The notes under the pieces: generated by a model
Database searches by the model: none
What the model was told of the DNA's origin: nothing
The model's input: only the letters and a program-made list of their open reading frames with translations
Made by a program: the position numbers and the translations under genes
Part shown: piece by piece, positions 1 through 10,872 of the stretch
How the letters are laid out: the number at the start of each line of letters is the position of its first letter
Numbering within the stretch: position 1 is the first letter of the stretch
Assembly: GCF_009914755.1 (NCBI RefSeq)
Contig: NC_060928.1
Length of the DNA: 64,000 bases
Direction: 5' to 3' (one strand)
From: the human T2T-CHM13v2.0 reference genome, Homo sapiens

Positions 1-107
1 TTGATGCCCCCTCAGCACACACATGAACTATTTTCTAAGCAAGTGCTTACTTGTAATTTAACATTGCCAAGTCCCCCATCCAGCTAAGGTATATTTATCT
101 AGATAAG

Positions 108-1359
108 CAGTCTTCAAACTAGGGTATGCATACCCCTGGAGGTGTAAGACTTCCTAAGAGATACACAGGTTCAGAAGTTAATACCAGTAATTTTCTAATT
201 CCTCAACTTTAATATATTCTACTGCTTGAAATTGATTTGCCTGAGAACTCTCCTGTGAGTTTTCCTTTCTTACCTCTTCTTTCTCACGCCCTTCTTCTAC
301 TAGATAAAATAAAGACATATTTCCCTTCCACACAGAATCTTACTATGTGCTTTAGCTGAGTGTAATTTCTTGCCCCCAATAAAGGGACAATTCAAAATAC
401 TGAGGTAATACTGAAAAGTGAATGTATAAGTATCAAATCATTCTGCAAGTCAGGTGGTTTCCAATTTACTGCTTTCAATAAAATGGAATAAGGATCCAAT
501 CATGCTGTCAATTGGTAGATAATTAAAAATAAGTTTTAATGATAGACTGTTAAAATTATAGATTACTTAATAATAAACCATAAAAATAACTCTTAATAAT
601 AGATCACTATATGAATTGCCACTAATGCAGAGAGTTCAAAGATTTGAGTGGTACAGTTGAAACAAAGCTCTTTCCCATCTATTTTCCTAAGTGAGTAACA
701 CTGCTCAGAGGTTCCATCTATAAAAACAAGTAAGATAGACCTGCTGATGATGTATTTTTAATAAATGTTCATTTTATGTAAATAAACATTTATTAAACTT
801 TATAATATAATTAAATAAATACATTAATATTTGTAATAATCACTCAATACAGATAAACTTATTTTAAAGGCTGAGCCTTATGGTCATAGGAAATTTTAAA
901 ATTTAAATTGAACACATATGCTTAATTTTGCAAACACATTTTTATGGCTGAAAAGCATAATAGGGTAATCAATTTTTTAAAGTTAACATAAAATTATCTG
1001 GGGGAAGTAGAATGAAAATATAAATTCAAGATAAAAAAGTAATAATGTGAAATTTCCATATGTTAAGGGGTTTTCAATGTATTTTTTAGAAACAGAAAAT
1101 ATTGAATATCAATTCACTCTGATATTTAGATTCTACTGGATATATTAAAATTTTGTTTACTGAGTATCAATTCACTCTGATACTTAGATTCTATTGGATA
1201 TATTAAACAATTTTTACACTATGCCAGAATGTATAACCTTTGCAACTATTTGAACTTGTGATGAAAACTTTTAGATGTCAACTTAAAAATTGTCTGAGAG
1301 GATACATGGTTTTAAATAATTCTTTTAGGAGGTAGAAGTGTAAAGTCTGTTGACCAGTG
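108..1359. mobile_element. Ancient hAT-Charlie-type DNA transposon fossil
   Basis: CAGTcttcaaact... start and ...ttgaccagtg end resemble Charlie TIRs; decayed hAT-transposase-like stretch around 620-720. Confidence 0.5.
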
Positions 1360-1367
1360 ATCTAGGG

Positions 1368-1936
1368 CAGGGACAGCAAAACTAGGGCCAAAGGCTGAAT
1401 CCTGCCCATGCCTGATTTTGTATATGTAGTTTTATTAGAAAAGAGTTATGTTCATTCATTTCTTTTTTATTTATGGTGGCTTTTGTGCTATACTGGTAGA
1501 GTTAAGAACAGCTTGAGTTTCCCTTATCTGAAACACTTGGGACCAGAAGTGTTTTAGATTTCAGATTTTTTTTTCAGATTTTGGAATATTTTCATAGATT
1601 GAGATATCTTGGGGATGATAGCCAAGTCTAAACACAAAATTAATTTGTTTCATATAGAATATATATAATGTATATATATATATATATATATAGCCTGAAG
1701 GTAATTTTATATAATATTTTAAATAATTTTGTGCCTGACATAAAGTTTGGACTGTGTTTGAATGTGACCTGTCACATGAGGTCAGGTGTGGAATTTTCCA
1801 CTTGTCTTGTCACGTTGGTCTTTAAAAAGTTTCAGAGTTTGGAGTATTTGGGGCTTGGGATTTGCAGATTAGAGGTGCTCAACCTAAAATATTTACTATC
1901 TGGCCCTTTACCAAAAAAGTTTACCCATGCTTACCC
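1368..1936 (+). mobile_element. MER58-like hAT MITE interrupted by Tigger4
   Basis: cagggacagcaaaact...gttttattagaa...ttcattcattt; resumes with aaaatatttactatctggcccttta...aaagtt after 1885. Confidence 0.7.
1509..1885. mobile_element. Tigger4 (Zombi/MER46) DNA transposon derivative with internal (TA)n
   Basis: Ends cagcttgagtttcccttatctgaa / gattagaggtgctcaacct; ttgggaccagaagtgtttt core. Confidence 0.8.
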
Positions 1937-3355
1937 TAAAGGGTTACAACAATTGATGAATTCATTTAATTAGACTTGATAGCATAGGATATTCATTGTC
2001 AAGGTGCAAAGAAAATGATGGGTCTAAAATTCAGAAATAATGCTTTAAATGACTCAGCAAATGGGCTTTATTATTTTCCTGACTTTTAAACTACCCAAGT
2101 GAGCATTTTAGTTTTTTTAATATATGGCAAATCATATCTACTCAAAACAAAACAAGATTTAAGAACCAGAGTGGTATTTATCCTTCATGTAGATAATTAC
2201 GTATTAGATTTCTGATTATACTTGGGGAAATGATAAATGAATTGGTTTAGAGCTTAAGGTTATTTCTGTTCATCCTGATAGTCTACCTGCTAATGGTAGC
2301 CATTTAGCTCTCCATTGAAACAATGCCTTTTAAAGACAAAAATGGTAACTATATAAAGGGAACATCTTGGATTTTAAAATAATAAATCTGCTTCATTCAT
2401 ATGCTTTCTTTAAAAACATTAAAATTCTAACAAATTTATTTGTGCCAGGAAAATCTGACAAAATTACAAGCCAAATATCTATGCCGATAGCATTACACCA
2501 CAGGTAGGCAAGTAAGTTTTTATTCTAAAAGTTATTAAATAACATCTTCAAAATCGAGGCTTAACATTCTTAGTGATGCCACATTTGAAATCCCCACACG
2601 TAAGGATGAAAAATGCTAAACTAGAGATTTCGACTAATCTACTCAAAAAGCCTAACAGCAATTAAATATTCTAAGTCATCTGCTGCAGATGCTCATTTCA
2701 TCCCAATGGCTCTTTCTGGTCGCCTCCCTATTTTTTTCTCCCCTGAACAAATTTAACCTCCAATGGCAATTTATTGGGCTGTAGGACCCTAGGAAAATGA
2801 ATACAAATATCTTAACACTACCATTGGCTGGGCAATATATTTCAACTTTGAAACTGCTCTGCAATTGCACATTAATCCCCTCAGACTGAACAGAAGGTCT
2901 AGGAAGAAAGGATTGATCTCCTTTAATGATGAAACCCTGGCACTACAGTTTTATTTTTCATAACGCAGTGCTGCTAAGAACCCCACTGTTATTATGAAAA
3001 TTTTCCTAGCAAAGGAGCTCCATCACATTACCGGTGCACCAATTCATCATAACGTGCCTTGCTCCTGCTCATCAACAAGTCTGAGTGATGAAAAGATCCA
3101 ATATTATCCTGACAGTACTTCATGCGCATTCTCAATCACACATTATTACAGCATCCATATTAATTTTCAGTGACACGCGTCCTAGGCCTGTTCAAATTAG
3201 GCAAACCAACGAGGGGGAGTTGATGAAATACCAGCATAGCCACAGCTCATTGCATTCCAATTTGCATGCAAATGGTTTATCAGGAAAATTCCATTCCCAG
3301 CAACCAGCAAGTGAAAAACAACTGTAATCTACACTTCAGGGCCACCATACAGAGC

Positions 3356-3390
3356 TTAATGAATCGCAAAGAGAGAAGGAAGTGACAGAC
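3356..3390 (-). CDS. LRBA: Putative alternative C-terminus (GLSLPSLFAIH*) by read-through of the 63-nt exon donor
   Basis: Open frame GGT CTG TCA CTT CCT TCT CTC TTT GCG ATT CAT TAA follows a non-consensus donor; downstream AATAAA on minus at 2950-2955 and 2770-2775. Confidence 0.6.
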
Positions 3391-3453
3391 CTATGAGAGG
3401 ATCGATTTCCACTGGCAGCTGGTATGGCTGGTCTTGTACAGCACCTTGATGAG
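3391..3453 (-). CDS. LRBA: LRBA internal coding exon (63 nt, phase 1/1)
   Basis: ttttgtgaattccag|CT CAT CAA...ATA G|gtctgt; with the G from the previous exon gives AHQGAVQDQPYQLPVEIDPLI, matching recalled LRBA sequence. Confidence 0.94.
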   Translation of the reverse strand, partial: LIKVLYKTSHTSCQWKSILS

Positions 3454-4496
3454 CTGGAATTCACAAAAGATAAAGAAAAAAGGCATTATTTTTTATATAC
3501 TAAACTACATAAAAATGCATAAGTCAAACCTTATGTAGAATTGTTTCCAATCTCTAAATCTTTCATGCAGTTTTGTGAAATTTAAAGAACAAAAATCCAG
3601 GTGCTTTTATGGCTAGCTTATTAAACATTTATTTTAGATTAGTGCCGCTCTGAACTGTGCCATCAGCAGTGGCTCCAGTCCTAGGCCATAAGCTATAGCA
3701 GATGCTTGACTGGCAACCTCTGATGCTGCAACAAAACAAAATTAAGTGGTAAAGCGCACTGAAAACAAAATGTGACAACCATCTGCTGACTGTAGCAAAT
3801 ACTATTTTTTTGTTACTTCTTAAAAAGGCAGTTTTGAATGCTACAGCACAAAGGATCTACAAAAATGTCAACTTATGATGGAGAAAGGGAAAGCTCTAAG
3901 TCAGGGAACATTTAGTGTTTCATCCATCACTTAAAATCAATCAATTGAAAGTTTGAATAAAAATAAAGAAAGCTATCCGCAGATAAATGTTTTAGTTAAA
4001 TGCATTTGGCTGAAATATTTTCTTAAAGATTGGATTGAGGGTTTAAAAAGAAGTTTTATTAATATTTAATATTTCCATGGTTTCAATTTAAAAATACTCT
4101 GAGAAGGAGATGAATAACAAAAATCAATCTATCCTAAGAATACTTTGTTCAATTCTCAAAATGGTTTTAAAGATTCAGGCATACTTATTTTATAATTGAA
4201 GAGAGGTTTTGCAGGCTGTTTCCCTCTGAAAGGGAGAAGGACTTTCGGTAGAGAGGAAGTATATCAGGAATCAGGAACTACCTGATGCAACCTTGTGCAA
4301 ATCATAAACCCTAAAACAGGGTTCAGAATAGATTATCTTTTCAGCTTCATAGTTCTGACAGTTAAATTCTGGGCCCTTTTCCAAACTATTTTCCCCAAAC
4401 GACTCAGCCATTCACCCTGCTCAGTATCTACTTTTTATAGACTCACAAGCATTCACATTATTGCTTGGTTGGTATTAGAGCTCTGCTTAATGCCAT

Positions 4497-5075
4497 TGAT
4501 ACCGGTGGGCTAGGGGAGGTCCCCAAACACCAGTGGGACCTCAACCCTGGCTCTTGACACTGTGGTGAGAAGAAACTCAAGGACAAGTCAGAAAATAGTG
4601 AAAGTATGGAGATTTATTGCAAAGCAAAAAGTACACACTCAAAAGGGGAGTGTGGGTGTACTCAAGAGAGAGTCGTGGACAAGGGGCGTTGGGGTTCCTA
4701 TCTTTATGGGTTTCTGTTAACCAAGGGGTGGAATGTTCATGAAGATTCCTGGAAAAAGGTGGCAATTTCTCAGAACTGTGGTGCCATCCATTTTTACACC
4801 AAATATGAGTGCTCCTGGAACGGTCATGGCCCTGGTGGGTGTGTGATTTGTATGTTAATGAGCATATAATGAGGTCCTATGTGAAACCTAGATCAAACTC
4901 AGCACCATGTTGGGTCCAGACAGTCTCAGCCAGCTTGGCCTGCACCCTGGTTTTTTCAGGGTCTTATCAGATCTTAGCTTCTGCAGCTATTTCAACAGTT
5001 TCCTTTTGATAGTCAAGAAACTGCTGCCTGGAATTTTCTATTCTCCTGTGATTACCATATATTATTCCTGTCTTA
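4497..5075 (-). mobile_element. Solo ERV1-class LTR
   Basis: TGA...(T)TA ends flanked by a 4-bp TSD CCAT (4493-4496 / 5076-5079); AATAAA on minus at 4613-4618; LTR-like composition. Confidence 0.8.
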
Positions 5076-5584
5076 CCATAAGATTTTAGGAAATCTATCT
5101 GTCTTTGAGGGGCCGAAAATAAATATGGGGTACATTTCAATAAGTTCATTAGATTATTTTATACTTACTCTGTCATAGTTTCTCCAGTTAGTAAATACCA
5201 ACTTTTTAAAGATGTTTGGAAGGTCATTAATACTGATAAAACACCTAAGTACAGTATTGGCACTAGAAATTACAGTATGTATAAGAAACTAAAGTAGCTG
5301 AAGAAAAGAAACCACAACGGCTCTTTTAAAAAAAACCCAAAAGGTATTTGTCTTTGCTGATTACTGTCTCTGCTGGCAAAGAAATCACAGGATACTCACA
5401 AGGGAGGACCAGGAAAAATGCACCACAGCCTCTGGTCTACCCAATAGTGCCACTTACTTCCAGCAATACCAGTGTCAATCAACATTAATACCTTTAGAAT
5501 TTCCCTCTACTTCTCTGATAATCTGAGATCTTAGAAACATTTAAACCAAACTGTCAGTGAAATGGGTTTAAGGAGGTTTGCTGA

Positions 5585-5830
5585 TGCTTCAAATCCTACT
5601 TCTGCCACTGACTGGCTGTATGACCTTGGTCAAGTTATGTAATCTCTATGTTTCAATTTCCTGATCTATAAAATAGGTTAGATTGAACCATATGAAATTG
5701 CCAATAACTGACTGTTTTGACCTATAAAAAAACGCGATTTCATATGGTTTCAACCTAAGTACAGAACCTACATCCTCAGGTTGTTAAGAAGATTGAGTTA
5801 ATACACATAAAATGATTAAAACACTACTTG
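5585..5830 (+). mobile_element. MIR SINE (host of MADE2; apparently resumes ~6082-6115)
   Basis: ttcaaatcc..tctgccactgactggctgtatgaccttggtcaagtta..aatctct..tttcctgatctataaaat core. Confidence 0.75.
5678..5758. mobile_element. MADE2 (Hsmar2 mariner MITE) inserted in a MIR
   Basis: ttagattgaaccatatgaaattg ... atttcatatggtttcaacctaa palindromic ~80-bp element. Confidence 0.85.
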
Positions 5831-6074
5831 AAGAGGCATGAAAGTTTATCTACTCCAGCCATGTTTTGCCAGTGAGGACACTGAGCCCAGGGAGCTCGCC
5901 TTATTCTGCATCAAATATGCCCAGTCAGTGGCAGAGTTTGAGCCCAGGTTTTCTCACTCGGATTTTATGACCACCTCTCCCCTCTTTCATTAGAGCAGGA
6001 AAGTTGGGACCTGGATTCAGCACTGTTCTTTTTGGCCACCAGTTAGAATTTTTTTTAAGAAGAAGGAAAATCTT
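5831..6074. repeat. Left arm of ~245-bp inverted repeat
   Basis: Reverse complement of 7876-8126, including a ~93-bp perfect run (5840-5932). Confidence 0.95.
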
Positions 6075-7875
6075 AGAAACTAGAAAAATGCTCTATAAAC
6101 ATTTGCTGGTGTTATTCTAATTTTTGGAGGTTTTCAAGATCCTTTGAATGAGAAGGGAGGTTAAAGATTATTTATTTTCTAAATCAGACACTACTCAAAG
6201 AACTGAGGGGAACCAGCTGTCTAATGAATGAGCTATGGAAATCATAGATCCTCAGAAAAGAAACAGAACCTAAAATTAAAAAAATAAATATTGTAATATG
6301 GATTTGATATTTACCAAAGAAAAACTGTCAGGGATTTTTGATGTTTGTTTTAAATCAAGGCATAGTGACAGGTAAAGGTAGCAAGAGATAGAATGAAAGG
6401 TTAGATTTATGTAAACATACCTAAAATGAAGCATAGACTTAATATAATAAATGCTTAATATTCTTAGTTGCAGGTGCAGCTCAAATTGGAGATCACATTC
6501 TAGAAAGATAACTGCCTGTGGTGTATTCCCATATGTTATCGCTTTTTGTATTTTTCTGGTGAAAAGTTGCTGTGTCATACTGTAAAGGCAGTATGTATGG
6601 AAAGGGTGAAGACAAACATCTCTAATGACATGGTTATAGACACAATGAAAGCTCACTGAACAGAAATATAGGCAAGATTCTGCAGAACCTTGCAGTTCCC
6701 CTAGCTATCTTACAGAAAGGTGAGCCAGGACTGGGAACAGTTGGATGCATCCTAAGTGGTACTCCAGCAGTGAGACTCTACCCCTAAATCACTTTACATA
6801 TTTATTTATAGAAAAATTGGAAGTGGAGAAGATAATACCTGACCACTAGGTAATAAGGGAAGCAAGCTTTGTAGTGAGGGACACCAGCTTGCTGGAAAGG
6901 TGAAAGCCAGAAGCTTAGTCATCAACGCGTAGGGTCTTAAATGCTTAGGGTTATCAGTGCTAAAACTTGAAATCAGCTGGAGACCGAGGAGCCCTGTGGT
7001 TGAGCCAGCTCAGTTCCCGTTGAGCCAGCTCTTCCTAGGCTAAAGTAAAGATGGGGGCAGAGTACAGTCAGGGCTTTCCAGCAGTTGCAAGGTTTGCCCC
7101 TCCTCACATCTGATGTCACTCTGTTTAAACTGAAGAAGCTCTCAGGGCTGCCACAAACAGCCACCCAGGATAAGCATCATCATTGGTGGTCCTGAAGTCA
7201 CACATGCTGGTGCAAAGCTCTAAGGGTAACCGCACATAGAGTAGGTAAATCCTCTAGTGTATTTGATAGAACATATCACCAGCATGTTTTTCTTCTAAAA
7301 AGTGTTTAGAGAAACAAAAAAATCACGTTTCTTAAATAAATTGTAATATTTAGTCCCAAAATATAAGTATGTTATTTTCATAAATATTTACTTCTGTAAG
7401 AGAAGTTTACTTAAAGAAAAAAGAATAAAAGGACATAATAATAGAGATATTAAATATCTGCCTCCATTTTTACTGTCTCTACCTTTTCTGAAATCTATTT
7501 TGTAGTCAAATATTGGCATTTATTTGCATCGTTTCATTTCCAATATACCCAGGAAAATGGCTATATTTAATCAATTCTAATACCAACTACAGATTCTTTG
7601 TGGTAGGTATACCTTATTGAGCTTAGTCAATGTACCAAGTTTTTGTTTGAATGTCAATTCTGTTCCCTTGTGAAAGCTGTTGCATTTAATTTGGCATGAG
7701 GTCCTTGTTCAAGAACTTGTATTTTTGCAACCATTTCAGGTATTCTAACGAGCAGTGCTTTATGCACACTTCAGAGATTTAATGACAATTTCATGAACTA
7801 TTAAAATGTATCTTTTAAATTTGCCTACCTAAAACAACGGCTTGGGAAAAAAGTCTATAATCTCCAGAAGTTTAA

Positions 7876-8126
7876 AAGATTTTCCTTCTTCTTAAAAAAA
7901 ATTCTAACTGGCCAAAGAGAACAGTGCTAAATCCATGTCCCAACTTTCCTGCTCTAATGAGAGAGAATACATTACAGAGGGGTGGTCATAAAATCTGAGT
8001 GAGAAAACCTGGGCTCAAACTCCGCCACTGACTGGGCATATTTGATGCAGAATAAGGCGAGCTCCCTGGGCTCAGTGTCCTCACTGGCAAAACATGGCTG
8101 GAGTAGATAAACTTTCAATGCCTCTT
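7876..8126. repeat. Right arm of ~245-bp inverted repeat (unique DNA plus MIR3-like fragment)
   Basis: Reverse complement of 5831-6074. Confidence 0.95.
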
Positions 8127-8353
8127 TAAATCTGCACTGTTTATGATTCTAATGGTTATTTCAGTTGAGCATGACTGTGTTGAGCATTTAATGGAAGAAC
8201 AGAAGGTACTTACAGATATTCAATATTTTGGCTATGTAATTTAAGTGTTCTTTTTTTTTCTATTATCCTCAACAAATACTACCAATACTACCATGCCAAG
8301 CACAAAAAGGTACAGTTTCTGGCACATAATAGACAATCAGAATTGTTTACTGT

Positions 8354-8650
8354 GGCTGGACATAGTGGCTCATGCCTGTAATCCCAACACTTTAAGAGGC
8401 TGAGGCAGGAGGACTGCTTGAGGCCAGGAGTTCAAGACCAGCCTGGGCAACATAGCGAGCCCATCTCTACGAAAAGTTAAAAAAAATTAGCCAGGCATGG
8501 TGCTGCGTGCCTGTAGTCCTAGCTAATCAGGAGGCTGAGGCAGGAGGATTGCTTGTGCCCAGGAGTTCAAGGCTACAGCGAGCTATGATCACACCACTGC
8601 ACTCCAGCCTGAGTGACAGAGCAAGGCCTTGTCTCTAAAAACAAACAAAA
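8354..8650 (+). mobile_element. AluJ
   Basis: Dimeric Alu with J diagnostics (ggaggattgcttg, ggctacagcgagctatgat). Confidence 0.92.
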
Positions 8651-9019
8651 ATTTGTAAAAACCCAAGTGTTTATTAAGTAAAATGAAAGTAAAAAAGAGA
8701 AACATTTGATAAATAAATAAATATATACTGTTTATGGACATAATATAGAATATCATTATATTAAAATACTATATTAGAAACAATATTTATCTCCAAGAAT
8801 AAAGATAAACCACCAGAAGCTAAAAAGTAGTTTATGTTTTTAACATTTGTACTATATGCCTCACGTGGGCCTTTTTTAAGCCTTTCAAACTATTAAACAA
8901 TTTGATTCAGACTAATGCTTGAAAATTAAAAGCTTAAATGTTGAGATATGCTATATTTAAGTGGGTATTACACAGTGTTCAGCAGTTACCATGCCTTATA
9001 ATGGTATTTCTTTACTTAC

Positions 9020-9197
9020 CAGGAAGGTTGTGCCATTTGTTCACCGCAAATAACCTGTTAGCAGTGACTGTGATCACAGCGGGAGTTGCCAAACCAGGCT
9101 GGGTGTTGGCTGCCACGTGAGTAACAGGGGAGTTGGAGGGAAACTTGAGGACCATGATAACATCCTGCTGGGCTTTGTCTGTGAACATCAATGGACT
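9020..9197 (-). CDS. LRBA: LRBA internal coding exon (178 nt, phase 0/1); alternative acceptor extends it to 9212
   Basis: ctcctgcag|AGT...CCT G|gtaagt; translates SPLMFTDKAQQDVIMVLKFPSNSPVTHVAANTQPGLATPAVITVTANRLFAVNKWHNLP; upstream ctcaacag|TAT adds YLLLQ in frame. Confidence 0.96.
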
Positions 9198-10812
9198 CTG
9201 CAGGAGGAGATACTGTTGAGTGGGCATGACAAGACCCAAATAGACAAGAAGGAAAAGATGAAGAAAGACAAGAAAGAGAGGGGGTGCAGGAAAAGAAGAG
9301 GAAGACCATATTAACATGAGTTGTAAGTGGAAGCACAGTGAGCAGAAAGGCTTGTAGAAACAGCAGTCATGATCTGTTATTCATGTATGTCGTTAGTTGG
9401 AATTTTGGGGGACTGAAGTAGAATACATTAACAGAAACACTTTAAAATTTATAAATTTTATGAGCTCCCTTTCCCTCCCCACTGCCACGAAAAACTAAAA
9501 GAATGATTTGATTTAGATTCTACACAGGCAAAGTGCTGGGGATTGCATTAAACCATTCTGGTTGCTATCGTGTCACATAATGATCTTTTAGCACTAAAAA
9601 AACAGTAAGAATGGACAACAGGCATAAAAGCAAGCCAAGGTAATTTCCAAAGATCATCAAAAGTTGTGTTGAGTTAGCAGGAAGATTTTGACAACTACAA
9701 AGAGGTAATGAAAACAAATACATTTATAAACAATAGTTAGACTGCATGCATATATTATTACAGTAGAGAAATAACTTATGAACGTAATATACAAACTTAA
9801 TTATAAAGGTGTTTGAAAGCAATGCATAAATGTACTTGTAAAAACAATATATTTATATAGTGTACCAAATCATAAACACTGCCTATTGTAATGCAAATGC
9901 TACTGCTTTCTGCTGTAGCTAGGAATAAAGAGAAATACCTAGGTGTTCCTCTTCCCTGTTGGTTAAAAAACAAACAAAACTAGAGCTCAAGACTTTTTTG
10001 ATTTCTCCTTCAAAAAACAGAGTAATTGAAAATGTTAAATGAAACACTGTCTGTTCTAATAACCAGCAACCAAATAAATCTTGAAGACTACTAAGGATTT
10101 GGAACATTCTTACAACCCATATGTCATAATCCAAGACATATATAACACTGCTCTGATTTATTGGCTTTATTTATACTTTGTGGTGGTGTGCTATCATACA
10201 GTAATTGCACTGTACATTTTCAGCAATTCTCTCCTACCATGTCTGTTTTCTAATAGCTGATTAGTATCATTCAGAATTGAAACACTTTGATGAAATGCTT
10301 CTGGCTGCTTTCCTTCTGCCATATTTCAAAACACCAGGTAATATGTAAATGTGGAGGCACATATATTTAACACATATTTATTCAGAACTGGTAATAAAAA
10401 ATTAAATACATTTGCATTTTTATTATCAGTCCTTTTAAAAAAGTTATTAAGAGTACTTAGAAAAACATATTGCACTAAGAATTCCTATTTGCACTCTTTG
10501 CATAAAGGTGTAAATAAAGGCAACTAATAAGCTACCCGGACACCCTTCTGAGCAAGTGGCTAAAAGCCAATCAATATTATGAGTTAATCCTCCCTGGATG
10601 CTCATTCAATTAAAGGTGTCAGTAATGCCTCATCTGATGTGGCCTCAATTAAGTCCAACTATCTGATGGTGTGAAAACACAGGGGGATACAGCAACAGCA
10701 GCAAAACCAGACAAATAGGCAGCCTTCGTGTGCCTGCTAATTACTACACCTGGTGTATATTATGGTTCATGCACTTAACGCAGCACGAGGTGGCTTTAAT
10801 TTCTGCTATATT

Positions 10813-10821
10813 TGTGTGTGT

Positions 10822-10870
<49 letters not shown>
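10813..10870. repeat. (TG)n microsatellite
   Basis: Direct read. Confidence 0.97.

Positions 10871-10872
<2 letters not shown>

Noticed and set aside
5678-5758. Hairpin resembling a pre-miRNA
   Set aside because: Explained by MADE2 terminal inverted repeats; no evidence of processing
6600-7205. GC-richer block inside the inverted-repeat spacer
   Set aside because: Looks like a very old LTR fossil, but I cannot assign family or boundaries reliably
9058-9336. Alternative-frame and antisense ORFs over the 178-nt exon
   Set aside because: Shadows of the real exon plus a stop-poor purine/pyrimidine tract
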